Assembly: GCA_030704615.1 (NCBI GenBank)
Contig: CM060733.1
Location: 52,328,001 to 52,392,000, forward strand
Direction of reading: 5' to 3'
Length of the DNA: 64,000 nucleotides
Source of the DNA: Takakia lepidozioides
Lineage: Eukaryota > Plantae > Bryophyta
In this document: piece by piece, positions 39,986 through 51,375 of the stretch
Layout: every line of letters begins with the position of its first letter
Position numbering within the stretch: the first letter of the stretch is position 1
Position numbers and translations under genes: made by a program
The notes under the pieces: model-generated
What the model was told of the DNA's origin: nothing
What the model saw: the letters and a program-made list of their open reading frames with translations, nothing else
The model's database searches: none

Positions 39986-40707
39986 GAATGTCGTTGACGA
40001 CATTCACTTCTTTGTCTGAGTCATTCTTAAGCGAGTATATGAATTCACCTGGTTAGGATCTAAGGGTGCAATTATAGTGTCCCTGATTAGAATTGATAAT
40101 GTCCTTGAATGGCGTTGACGACATTCACATACGGAGTTGTTGAGAGGTCCTCAAAGTTATGTAAATTTTTGTAATGTCCATAGAGGTTACAGTGAGGGTT
40201 CCTCACTTCATTTTGCTGAATGTCAATGCAGACATTCAGTTGTTCTGCATTGTTTTTGCCTCTTGCGAGGAATCTGGAGGCTTGATAAGCTCTGTTATGA
40301 GAAATCCAAATGAATGTCGTTGACGACATTCACTGCTGTGTCTGTATTATTCAACAGCGACAAATTGAATTTACATGGATTGGGAGCTAAGTAATTGGTT
40401 TCTTTTTGGTATTTTTGTGAATGGCGTTGACGCCATTCACATACAGTGATGTTGTGAGGTCCTTAGTGATATGTTCGTTATGAATGTGCATTGAGTTTTC
40501 CTGGAGGGTTCCTTACTCGATTTTTTGATTTCCATCCTGTGATTTTGCTTCATTTAAGTAATAATTTGGCTTCGTTAGTGAATGTCGTTGACGACATTCA
40601 CTTCTATGTCTGTGTCATTCCTAAACGATAATTTGCATTCACCTGGATTAGGGTGTATTTACAGTATCATTGAATGGAATGTTTTGAATGGCGTTGATGA
40701 CATTCAT
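39986..40707. repeat. Array of seven 20-22-bp palindromes in intron 5 of the ParB-MTase gene
   Basis: GAATG(T/G)CGT-TG-ACG(A/C)CATTCAC at 39986, 40107, 40218 (degenerate), 40312, 40419, 40580 and 40686, embedded in a diverged ~270-330-bp higher-order repeat. Confidence 0.9.
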
Positions 40708-43189
40708 ATCTGGAGCAGTAGTGTGGTCCTGAAAGGTCCTTGGAGCAGTTCTCAGAGCCATTTCAATCTATGTTTTTTTCATTCTGTTCTACTTGCATCT
40801 TACTCACTGAGCGCTTTTGTGGGTTGGGATTTATCTCCTTTTTTCAGGTACACGAAATATGTGCTTATGGAAGGAAATCACCTGAGCGGAATTCCCGACT
40901 ATCTTGACATGTGGTCGGACCCTGCAAACGATCCAACCATGTATACTGCAGGGATATTGAAGGACTGGAGTCCTTCTCACTTCAGAGACTGTGGGTGGTA
41001 CCTTGACTGCCCACCTGAGCACACGACCTTTCAAGAACAGCATATGAAATACTTGAACAATAACGCTGAGATGCTGGTGCCTTTGTATCAACGAAACATA
41101 GCAACATTGGCTGCCAAGGAGCCTGATGCTCAGGGAACGCCGCAGAAGGGAAAGAAGGCGGGCCGCAAACCAAAAGACAAGGCTGTTGATGTCATAGCCA
41201 TCTCACCAGCAAAGCCAAAGGACAAAGACAAGTCCAAAGAGAAGGAAAAGGACAAGGGGAAGGAGAATGAAAAGGAGATGGAGAGTGGGCAGGACTTTAC
41301 TGCTGGAAGATATACCCGCACTCTTCAGTGCGTGTTCGATGCCAAGCCACACCCTTCCCGTTCTGATTCAGCAGGAGAGATGAAAATTGTTAATGAGGGT
41401 TGGCTTTCGATGATGCAGAGTCGAAAGAGAGGATACACTGGGGTGCCATCCCCTACCTGGGACAATATAATCTCATTCCTCAATCTGGTGAGAATTCCAG
41501 TTTCTTTCCTTTTTCTCTGAAAGTTTCGTTGGCAGTATTTCAGTCTTGTTCTTTGAAAACATTCTTGCCATCGTTCTTATAAAAAACATGTCTGTTGCAG
41601 GTGCGCACAGGTCCCACCTTCGTGTGCGGTGTGCAGAAAACTTATGCGGCCGACATTGTCATTCTCGACATCCCGGATGGCCAGGCTGTGCCAGAAGTTC
41701 TTCCAAAGGGCAAGACGCTAGGCTGGAACAAATTCGAGGACAACTACTGGAGTTGGGTGTTCGGGTTCTGTAACAACTTCCTCTCTGATGCAGGGACACT
41801 TCTGCTTTTTCAGTCATGTGACAATGATAGTCGTCGGACATTGGCATCATACCTCAAGTCTTCAGGGTTTGAAGTTTTGCGCACATGGAATTGTGTGAAC
41901 AGCCTCTACCTTGTGAAAGGGGGTTTCCCTGGTCAGCTGGTATGCCGTCTCCCTTCTGCTTGTGCTTTGATCATGAGTTTCAATTTTCTCTGCAGCTCCA
42001 CTCTAGTAGAATGTGTTATGATCGACACCGATCATCACCGATTCATGATTTTTTTGTGTCTGAGTTCTGAATAGCCGATGTACACACTTCCACTTTAGAT
42101 TTTTTTTACCACACTAACCTGCTATCTTTGGCAAACGAGGATGTTCGAGGCGATCTGCCTGCGGAGGATTCGCACCTCAAAGACACCATCCTCCATCCGC
42201 AGCTTTGAGATTTCTGACCAGGGTTGTTTCGTCAACCCCCCCCCCTATGAGCCCCATGTCGATGACATTTTGTACAACTTCATGCAGTCCAGTCAGACTC
42301 TGAAGAGACCAGATGGCACTCCCTGGAGAGGTGCAAAGGAAAAGTCCCCAGCGTTCATGCAAATACTGCTGGAGTCATGCAGCCACCGCTCTGCACGGGT
42401 GGTCGATCTTTCTGTGTCCACAGGTTCATTTTTTCCCTTCCGAATTGGTTTCCTTTCAACAGTTTCATCTGCTTAAATCCCCCCCTCCAAACTGTTCATG
42501 TTCTCCTGTCTGGTGCAGGAGCAACTTACCATGCATGCAAGGCAGGCGGAAGAAGCCTTTTTGGCATGGAGGGTGATTCTGACCTCTACAACACAGTGCT
42601 CCTCCCCCTTTTGTCTGGCTCCACTTCAGGCACACAGACTGATCGGATTCAAATTTGAAATGATGACGATCCCGAAGATAAGCAGGTCGACAGCGACTTT
42701 TCATGTGAGTAAGTGCTAAACCCTCTTTGGGAGTCATACTCAATTTCTCGATAACATCAAAGTTACAGTAATAACTTTTTCAGGCTGTCTTTCAGGAAAG
42801 GCAGCGGTGGATCTTCAGGAGATACAGTCATTTCTGGCGAGTCTGTTTTCGACAGCCCCCTTTCCAATTTTCTGCTTCCTGTTTATGCCGAAGCAATGGC
42901 ACTTCACGCGGCCGAGTCCCTATCCCCTGACTTTTTAGTGGCCAGCCGTAGGTGTATCCAGCGTGGATCCGGTGTTCTAAAATACTTAGACAGAGGAAGC
43001 GGGGATACATTGTACTGACTCTGAGTCAGACTGAACTGTATTCTTTTAATATTCATTTTCATATTATCTGGAAAACGTTGAATCCCCTTCCTCCACCGTA
43101 GTTGTTCCTTTAGAACAAATAATAATCACAGAATCAACTTTCATTTAAATTGCAATATGTATGAATCCATCTCACAAACCTCCCTGACT

Positions 43190-43510
43190 CTTCTCATATC
43201 CATTGTGCATTCATCTACACTGTATTCATGCGTGCTCCATTCATGAATTTTTTCCTTTGTACAACATCCATTGTACATTCATCCTCTGTACTCTTTAATC
43301 CACCCCACAAACCTTCCACACTCATTTCATATACGTTGTGCATTCGTTGGTCATGCATCTTCCTGTCATGAATTTTTGTCATTGCTCAACATCCATTATA
43401 CATTCATCCATTTTACACTTATCCATCCCTCATTCATCCATCTACATTCATTTTTCACACTCATCCATCTGTTTATCATCCAATTGTACATTCATCCATC
43501 ATTTATTCAA
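43190..43510. repeat. Low-complexity CATTCATCCA-type repeats 3' of the cargo gene
   Basis: Many imperfect (C/A)TTCATCCAT/ATTCATCC units. Confidence 0.7.
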
Positions 43511-43780
43511 TGCCTTTTATTATGTCGTCCAGCTTGTTTCCGCGGTAAAGGGTGCCAATCCGCGGGAATACACTCCACTTCTTTCTGGGCGCGTGGTGAC
43601 GCGGCCTTCACGTGTGATGACGTGGAGTGAGCCCCGTGACGTGGCATTTGCGCAAGGTGACGTGGCGTGAGCGCAGTTGCGCTCACGTGACCAGGCTCAC
43701 GCCGAGGCATCCCTGCTCCTTCATCAAACTTTTAAAAAGCTCATTAAGGGAGTCGCAGATGCTCTGCCGCATTGGTCTAT

Positions 43781-44010
43781 TACAAGTCAGTGCTGGTCTA
43801 CTGCAAGTGGTGTGCAATCATGGTCTGCCGAAATGGTCTACTTCAGGTGGTCTGCAATAACGGTCTGCCGATCTGGTCTACTGCAGGTGGTGTCCGATTA
43901 TGGTCTGCCGAATTGGTCTACGTCAGGTGGTATGCGGTAACGGTCTGCCGATCTGGTCTACTACAGGTGGTCTGCGATAATGGTCTGCCGATCTAATCTA
44001 CTGCAGGTGA
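43781..44010. repeat. 40-bp tandem minisatellite (~5 copies) built from GGTCTG/GGTCTA
   Basis: Units (T/C)GGTCTGCCGA..TGGTCTAC..CAGGTGGT... start at 43821, 43861, 43901, 43941 and 43981. Confidence 0.9.
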
Positions 44011-44049
44011 GAATTGATCTACTGCATTGGACAACTGCAGGTCTTTTCT

Positions 44050-45733
44050 TTAGTTAGATTGATCCATCTTTCTCAGTTTTGGACGATGAGACACCCGCCT
44101 TAGAGCCGAGTAGATATGGCTAACAGGGGGAAGGGCAGACACACGTTTCCCCCCATTTAGTTTCATTTTCCGCCGAACTTGAAAATGTTCCACAAAATCT
44201 TTTTTCCTCTTCAATGACATGTTGTTGTTGTCTTTTACACAATTGAACGCTCGTGCTGCAGCCGGGTGTAACATGCCGGAAGCTTTTTTGACGAGGATGC
44301 CCTGCATCTGCCCTCGGCAAACACGCACCGCAGACAAGCAATGGTGTATAAGGTATGCGTCGTTGTGTACAAGGTCAAGCACGTCGGTTATCTCCCATTT
44401 CAAAATAGCTTCCAACAGGTCTGCCGTGAGCAATGACTCTGCCATGTTCGGGGTTGCGCTTGAACGCAGGTTACTGCTTTCGAAGTTGCATGCAGCCATG
44501 TCGTTGTGTTCGTCCAAATTCTCCAGCCCACCGTGAACAGTACCGAAGTGGGAACCACATGTCCGGACAATGAGACCGTCTTGCAGGTCTGGTTTTAGCA
44601 ACTTTATGACCCGAACTTGGTGCTTGCACAGATTGCCTTTCGGCGCCCACGGGCAGGTGCAACAGGCCCACTGCGACTCTGGATTGAACACGGTGTACGT
44701 TGTATTTGGATTGGAGGAGCTGATGACGTAAGCAGGCTGCCCATGCGCTGCAGGCAAAGTCACGCGTGAAAGAGGTATGTCACAGGCTGCACATATTGCA
44801 CTGGAAATGTGCTTTTCCTGTTTATCGTTGCGAATAAACCCATGCGTCTTCAGATGAATGCCGTACCAATAGTGGACCAGTACACGCCCAGTCAACTCCC
44901 ATATGAGCCAAACGGCTCTTCGACCGGTCATTTTGCCTTTGCCCATATTAAGTCTCGCCTTTAAGTTTCCGTGGTATGCCTCGATGCTCGCATTAGTATC
45001 TTGGTTTGCATGTGGAATGTTGCGGGTAGCAGTACACCACATAGCGATTTTGGGAACCCAGTACACATGAATGTAGTGGAGGAACAACTGACCAGACGGA
45101 TATTTCTTTTTCATTGCCTTCAATTTTTTCTTAACCCATTTCACAGCTTCGTCTTCTTTCTGCGGTCCACCTCTGCAGTACATAAGGTCGCCTATATCTC
45201 CCAACAGTTTTGAGGATGTTCCCGGATCACTGATTTTCTGGCATGATTGCTTGACCCAGGCCTTCCGTACATGCCAAAGGCAAAGGAAAATGCATACTCC
45301 TGTGAAAACAGACCTGCATGCGGCCACAAAGTCAGAAGTGCCTGAACCGGGCATTCGTATTCAGCACTGCCACAAGCATGAGATTAAACAAGGCAGACCA
45401 TATAGGGCAGACCATATAGCAGACCCTGAAGCGGACCATAGGGCAGAATGAGATGTGGCATACCAGACCAGACATGGCAGACCTTGCAGCGGACCATACA
45501 GCAGACCATAGGGCAAATTGAGATGTGGCATACCGGATTGCATTGATTTCTGTTTCAACGTCGTCGACAATGAAGGCATTTGGCCGCCAGTTGGGCTTTT
45601 CCTGAAGGAGGGCATCTCGCAATGCTAGCATCCACGGGATAAGGTCTGATGTTCGATTGCGTGCTAACAAAATGTATGCAACCGGAATTCCGTTCAACCA
45701 TTGGTCGAATACCATCAACGTGTACAAGGGGAA
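44050..45733 (-). pseudogene. 3' half of outer MULE transposase (DDE core + SWIM), in opposite orientation to its 5' half
   Basis: FPLYTLMVFDQWLNGIPVAYIL...PNAFIVDDVETEINAIR, IFLCLWHVRKAW, QDTNASIEAYHGNLKARL, and SWIM CTCPWAPKGNLCKHQ. Acceptor TGCAG immediately before 45733. Confidence 0.9.
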
Positions 45734-45888
45734 CTGCATGAAATGACAATTTGTAATTAGCAGACCAGTGTCGTACCGACAGGCACAGGGTCTACTGCAA
45801 TAGGGTGAAAACGCACATGGTGTATTGCAACTTGGTGAACACGCACAGGGTGTACTGCATCTTGGGGACACGAACGCAAAGCACTTAC

Positions 45889-48800
45889 CCATCAACTATT
45901 GGTACCAGTATATACTTGCAGGTCTTCAGGTCCTTCCCCATACGATGCACTGTCAATCTGTGCTCCACCTGCGAGCGAACCCGTTCCTGACCTGCACTCC
46001 AGTGAATCTTCACTACACTCCAAACCCACGTCGGCAAAATAGCAACATCATTATATGTCTTGACATCCAGATCATTCTGATAAAACCTACACCACAACTC
46101 AAGCAATCGGTCTGTAACCTCGGATTCCTGTTTCTCTAGCGATTTGAGGTCCTCGGTGGAAATACTGCACTCAAACTGTGGGTCGTTTTGAAAAAAGTAC
46201 AACATTGTTTTTCCCTCAAATATATGTGCGTTGAAAATGGACAAATCGGGCAGTGAACCTACACAAACTCGGAAAAACCCTTTAAGAACCGGGCTGGCAA
46301 CCCAAAATGACCAGACCTACAACGGATACGGTTCCAGACCCAAGAACCAGACCAACGGAGCAGGCCAATGGAGCGGACGAATGGCAGCCACATCTAACCC
46401 AGCAGACCCATGAAGCAGACCCATACAACCTTTTTGCTGCAGACCCATAGACTTGGTGTGTTCAGAGCATCGCAAGCAGACCAACGACACTTACTTTTGT
46501 TTGTTACGCAGCTCCGCAACTTCGCTCTCCACTTCCAAGCAGACCTTCCAGTCAGCACTCATGTATACTCCGGACTTCGGTTTTTTTGCAACGCCTTTTT
46601 GGGGGGAAATTGTTTTTAGCCTCGGGTCTGCCACGCCATCTGGTATGCGCTTCTTCCCAGCTCTATTTGGTGAAGCAGGTTCCTCCAACTTCTTTTCCAA
46701 TGCAACAGCCGCCTCCTTCATACCCTCCCGGAGCTGGCTAGCTCGGCTTCGCAACAAAATTTTGTCCTTGGGTTTATTAACACTTTGTGGTCCCGTTCTA
46801 GACGCTTCCTGCACTCCATGGGTCGAACTGGCCCCTACAGTGGGGATTATCACTACTGGTACACCTTTTGTGCTTGACTGCATGTTGAGCACCTGCGACA
46901 GACCACGAGCTGAGACCTCAGACGCCATAACCTTCACACGAATATCAGACAACAAAACATCAGCAATGACCACCCAAATGCACTGGGAAAAAAAAATGGA
47001 CTGCAAAAATGCAATGGAATCAGACCTTTGTGGGCGCTGTGGGTGTCTGCAATTGCACCACTCCTGTGGCAGGTACATCTTCGACTACAGTGACTGGTTC
47101 CACAGAATGAGAAGGGACAGAAACATGTGCATGTGTTTTGACAAGGTCTGATGAATGGTCTGCTATGGGGTCGAACATGCGGAGCACCCTATCAACGGAT
47201 TGGTCTATTGCCAGTAGTGGGTCTACAGACGAGTCGGGGTCCACAAAAGTAAGTGGCAAAACGGCCAAAGATGCATCCTCATCTGTAGTAGACCCTGCCT
47301 CTAACAGATGGGGAAGGTCACCGACCAAACTGTCACAGTCATAGTCCATTGTTGCAATTGCAGAATTGGTCTGTACTATGGATAAATGAGCACTGACGCC
47401 GTCCCGGTTCTGTTCAGGCAGTGCTGTGTCAGAAGGTTTGGTGGCAAGGGTAAGGTCCACTACCATTCTCTGCTTCTTAGCAGATGTTGCAGTGGGGGGG
47501 AAAGGAATTGCTCCTCTCATTTTCGGCAACTCGTATGTGCCAGGGAGGATGGGCGTTGCTTCCTGGGTTATCGCCAGGTCTCCAGATGGTCTGATGTCCT
47601 GCACTGGCAAGGACTGCTGATGTTGGAATGGTGAGGTGTCGGCGTCCATACCTACGTCGCGATGCACTTCTGCGGTGCATTTGTCAAGCAATGTACCAGC
47701 CAGGGTGTCCTCCGGCAAGGTCTGATCTTCTCTCCTCTGCTCCAGCAAGGTCTGATTAGGTCTGCACTGGTCGGGAAATGTCTGCTCTGAGACGGTCTGG
47801 TGTGGTCTGGTGTGGTCTGGTATCCTCTGGTCTTTTGGGGTATGGTCTGTTGTGCACTCGGATTGTCTGGAGTCATGCGCTGTGGTCTGGTCTGCTGTGG
47901 TCTGGTCTTTTGTGGTCTGCTCTTGTCTTGTCTGGTGTGGGGTGGTCTGGTCTGATTTGGTGTGGTCTGGTCGTGTCTGGTCTTGTCGGGTCTGCTGTGG
48001 TGTGCTCTGGCCTGCACTGGTCTGCTCAGGTCTGATTTCCATTGCAGCGGTCTGCTTTGCCAAGGTGATGGGTGCCCGCTGATCTGGAATGTCCGATCTG
48101 GAAGTTATTATCTGCAAAGGTCTGCATAACCAAGGTCTCCGTGGTAATTTTGGGTAAGATGTGCAATGCCTCCATGAAAGTCTGTTTTGGCAACGAAAAG
48201 TTTTTGTCACCCACATTCTCTGGCTTGGGATCACTGGCAATCCAGTCGGGGGTCTGTTGGTTGGCATGTCGGTACTTGGATTTGGCTGGGAAGGGTCTGC
48301 TCGCTCCACAGTCTGCTCGTTGCGGGTTTCCTGGGTCTCCATGGGAGTTGGGTTCTGTGTGTCTGCTGTTGTACGAACTCCAATGAGCCTACACTTAACG
48401 GGTGACTCGACTCCAGTATGGCCATGGAGGGCTCGTAGAAGCTGCCTTGCGCCATTGGCGTACTGGTCAAGAGCATTCCAAACAAGCTCGTCCTCTGGAT
48501 CATACTCTGCAACATGTCACAAACACGTCAAAAACAAAGCACTCATCCCTGGTCTGCTAACAAACGGAAGAATACATGGGGGTATTATTCACATGGGGCT
48601 TTGTTGGTTGTCATGGTTCATAAAGTCTGCTAGAAGGTCTTCGTTCGTGGTCATCATCAAGGTCTGTTTAAAAGGTCTGTCCCAAAGGTCTGTGCAAAAG
48701 GTTTGTTTAAAAGGTTTGTTAACAAGGTCTGTTAGGTCTGATGACATACCATGATCTAGGACTGTGGTCCACAGCCCAATATCTTTCATAAGCCGATCCA

Positions 48801-51375
48801 TGAAGGCCTCGTCAAGCTCTCCCAGAGCTGCAACACGGTCCTCTTCTGGAAACCCGCTCCATAGCACTTAGAAAGCATGTCGTTTGTTGAATGCAATGTC
48901 AAAAATCGCACGCTCCTGCACAGTCACAAACCACATCATGGCGTCTTGCGTGATACTTTCCCGAGCCTCTTTGCTTCCATGCAGCAGTTGTGAAGGTCTT
49001 TTTTTAATTTGGTGTAAGACCTGAAATTGCCAAATTGCATCCATTGACGGCGGAGGAAACTCCTCAAAAGCAATCTCTGTCAAGCTCGCTAAGTGCTTCG
49101 GACGAACACCAAATATTGGGTGGGCGATGGCCATGTGCCTTATCTCCAGTGGGCGTGGGTCATGCATGAGAAAGAGCTGCGCAATAAGCGGTGGCTCGGT
49201 CTCCTTTGCCAGAAGCGTCACTCCATACTCACGGGCTTTGTCCAAAACACGAGTCACCTCCTCCGCCATGAACTCCATTGAGGAGTGTTGCGGAGCAAAG
49301 GTCCACCGGGAGGCAACGATGCGGTGAAGCTCATTGTACCAGTCCAGATGCCGATTGCTTTCCCCACAACAAAACTTCGGAAGAGTGGGGTCCTCCTCAT
49401 CAGTTGCAGACTGCTTTGGAGGACACCATGGTCTGCCAAATGGGAAAACAGTTCGACCATGCAATGTGGTCTGCTGAGGGTCTGCTGAAGAGGTACAAAG
49501 GTCCGTTGGAGGACGGGTCACGGAAGAAAGGTCCACTGAGCCGGGTCTGCTAGTCTGACCGGCGCTGTCAAAAGCCTTTACAGCAGACGGAGGGAGGCCT
49601 GCTACGCGGCCAGTGGTACCATCCTGAATTGATGCAATGGCATCAGCCAACTGTGGAAACAGACTCAGGATGTAGTCACGAATATCACGGACCTCATTCC
49701 GGACAAGTGTATTTTCCAAGGGAGGACCGTTCAACCTGTACTTCCAGATTTGCAAAGCCCTGTACACTCGGTTGTCTTGCGCATTCGCCTCCTGAAAACA
49801 AACAGCAATATTGGCCTTCACATTAGACCAGTAGACCATAGAGCAGTAGACCATAGACTAGTAGATTGGGCCAGTAGACCATACACCAGTAGGCCATTAC
49901 AGTAGACCAGTAGAGCATAGTAGTAGACCATAGTCGTGGACCCATGCAGCAGACCACAGCCACGGCAGTAGTGCGCATTTCAAAGCAACTGCAGTACCAT
50001 GTTGCGCAAAGCAGACCAAAACAATAGACGGTTTGCAGCAGACCACATATATAATAATAATAATAAAAACACTATGATTTGCAACAGGGGAAAGTAGTCA
50101 CACGGTTCTGGACCTATAGAGCAGACCACAGCCAGAACAAGTAATGCAGTACCATGTACAGAATAGCAGATCCAGAACAGTAGACCGACAACAACGGGCC
50201 ACACATACAACACCCAGCATAGCATATCACTAATTGCAACCAGGAAATCGAAAGACTCAAATACGGTAGGACGGCAGAAAGAGTGGTTCAAGTATCTGGA
50301 GGCCGTTGTAGTCTTTATCCCTTGGGTGTGATCGTGCCTCCACCCACTTCTTCTCGGCTGTGTCAATGGTCTGCTGTATCTGCCCTTATCTCACATAAAC
50401 ATACAAAAAAAGGAAAAAATCCGGATCTGATTCATCTGGGTACTGGTCTGGCAGAAGACCGTGGGGAAGTAGGTACAATGTGCCAGGGCGAACAGGGGTG
50501 CCCGTTACATCTCCATGAGCGTTAGTCAGGGTCTGCTGTTTCTTGGTCTGCTTGTTGGGTCTGATATGTGGTGGGCGTCGTGGGTCTGTTTGAGGGTGTG
50601 ATTCCTCGATGGGGATGTCCGAGTCAAGGGTTATGTCATGTACCGGCGGGGCGTACCCAATGGGGTCGTTCACCAAGTACGGTCTCACAAGTAGTCCAGG
50701 ACGTTCCGTCGACATGTCCTGAACATGATCCTCCTCTTCATGAGAGTCTTCCTCACTTGAGTCATCCCCACTGGACGACAAAGTTGAAACGGCAGCCTGT
50801 GGTCTGTTGGTGTTGGTCTGCTGGGACTGACCTGGTTGCAATTCTTTGCTACTCACTCTCATATCCCGTGGTCTCCCAATACTGGTACTGCCAGATCTGT
50901 GACTTTTGCGGTCTACATCTTTTTTAGCTCCATCACTGAGCTTCCTTTTCTTCACTGGCACAACGAGGTCGAGGCTCAGCAGGCCGGCTTCAGTGTAATA
51001 ACGCTGCCGCACTTCCTCAGCAGACCGAGCGACGGCATGCGCACCCCTACACTTTGCAGTGATTTCTTTTGCGGCCTTAGACGAACTTGGCTTGGGCCAA
51101 GGCTTGAAGTTCTCAGGGACCATACCTTTGCATCCTCCATCAAGGGCATGGCGGTTTAGAGTCTCTTTGTCCTTGACAATATCGGGGCAAAAGGGGCACT
51201 GAAACTGATCTTTTGGCCAGTTCTCTTTCTCCTTCGCTACGCGCAAGTCCAAAAATGCTTCTATTTTAGCATCGTACTCACTTGGCTCATACCAGTACCT
51301 TCTCTTGGCTTTGTTGCAAGGGGCATGCACATATTCCACCCAATCAGCTCCGCCCTTTGGGCAAGCTTCTTCCAT
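45889..51375 (-). pseudogene. Large multi-exon MULE cargo gene ending in a truncated Ulp1/C48 SUMO-protease domain; N-terminal C2H-type Zn finger and QT/RP/AD-rich repeats
   Basis: Same-strand ORF blocks 51375-50386 (CPFCPD...LNRH), 49854-48589 (internal TAA at 48868), 48512-47020 and 46940-46491, then an exon ISTEDLKSL...EVTDRLLELWCRFY...ILPTWVWS...CKYILVPIVDG ending at a GTAAG donor. This matches the region just before the Ulp1 catalytic His. Joining all blocks into one gene is an inference. Confidence 0.7.

Larger units (their letters stand above)
37247..42658 (+). pseudogene. Spliced cargo gene: ParB/Srx-like domain + beta-class N6-adenine/N4-cytosine DNA methyltransferase-like domain (decayed copy)
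   Basis: Proposed exons 37247-37543, 38125-38786, 38881-39073, 39157-39591, 39677-39903, 40848-41487, 41601-41939, 42135-42423 and 42519-42658+ are phase-compatible. ParB-like VRPPL...HGYR...FYVWDGNHRLLAW (DGNHR at 38638-38652). MTase motifs ADIVILDIPDG (41667-41681), FLSDAGTLLLF, and EKSPAFMQILLESCSHRSARVVDLSVSTGATYHACKAGGRSLFGMEGDSDLY. Three acceptors are non-AG and there is a TGA at 42656-42658. Confidence 0.8.
32271..43715. mobile_element. Nested 11.4-kb Mutator-like element with divergent transposase and ParB-MTase genes
   Basis: Imperfect ~50-bp TIRs (left CAACGACGCAATGGCGTGAGC...; right reverse complement CAGGGATGCCTCGGCGTGAGC...). 9-bp TSD CTTCTTCAT (32262-32270) vs CTCCTTCAT (43716-43724). 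GGTCT-rich outer-element sequence resumes on both sides. Confidence 0.88.

Noticed and set aside
39986-40707. CRISPR-like array (palindromic repeats with spacers)
   Set aside because: Spacers are long, variable (about 70-140 bp) and related to each other with a ~300-bp period. The array lies in a spliceosomal intron and no cas genes are present.
37247-42658. Bacterial or phage contamination as the source of the ParB-MTase
   Set aside because: The gene has multiple spliceosomal-type introns and sits inside TSD-bounded plant transposons contiguous with host genes.
45734-45888. Functional Ulp1-transposase fusion via the chimeric intron
   Set aside because: The donor is phase 2 and the acceptor exon is phase 0, so splicing would be out of frame. 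It is better explained as an inversion junction.
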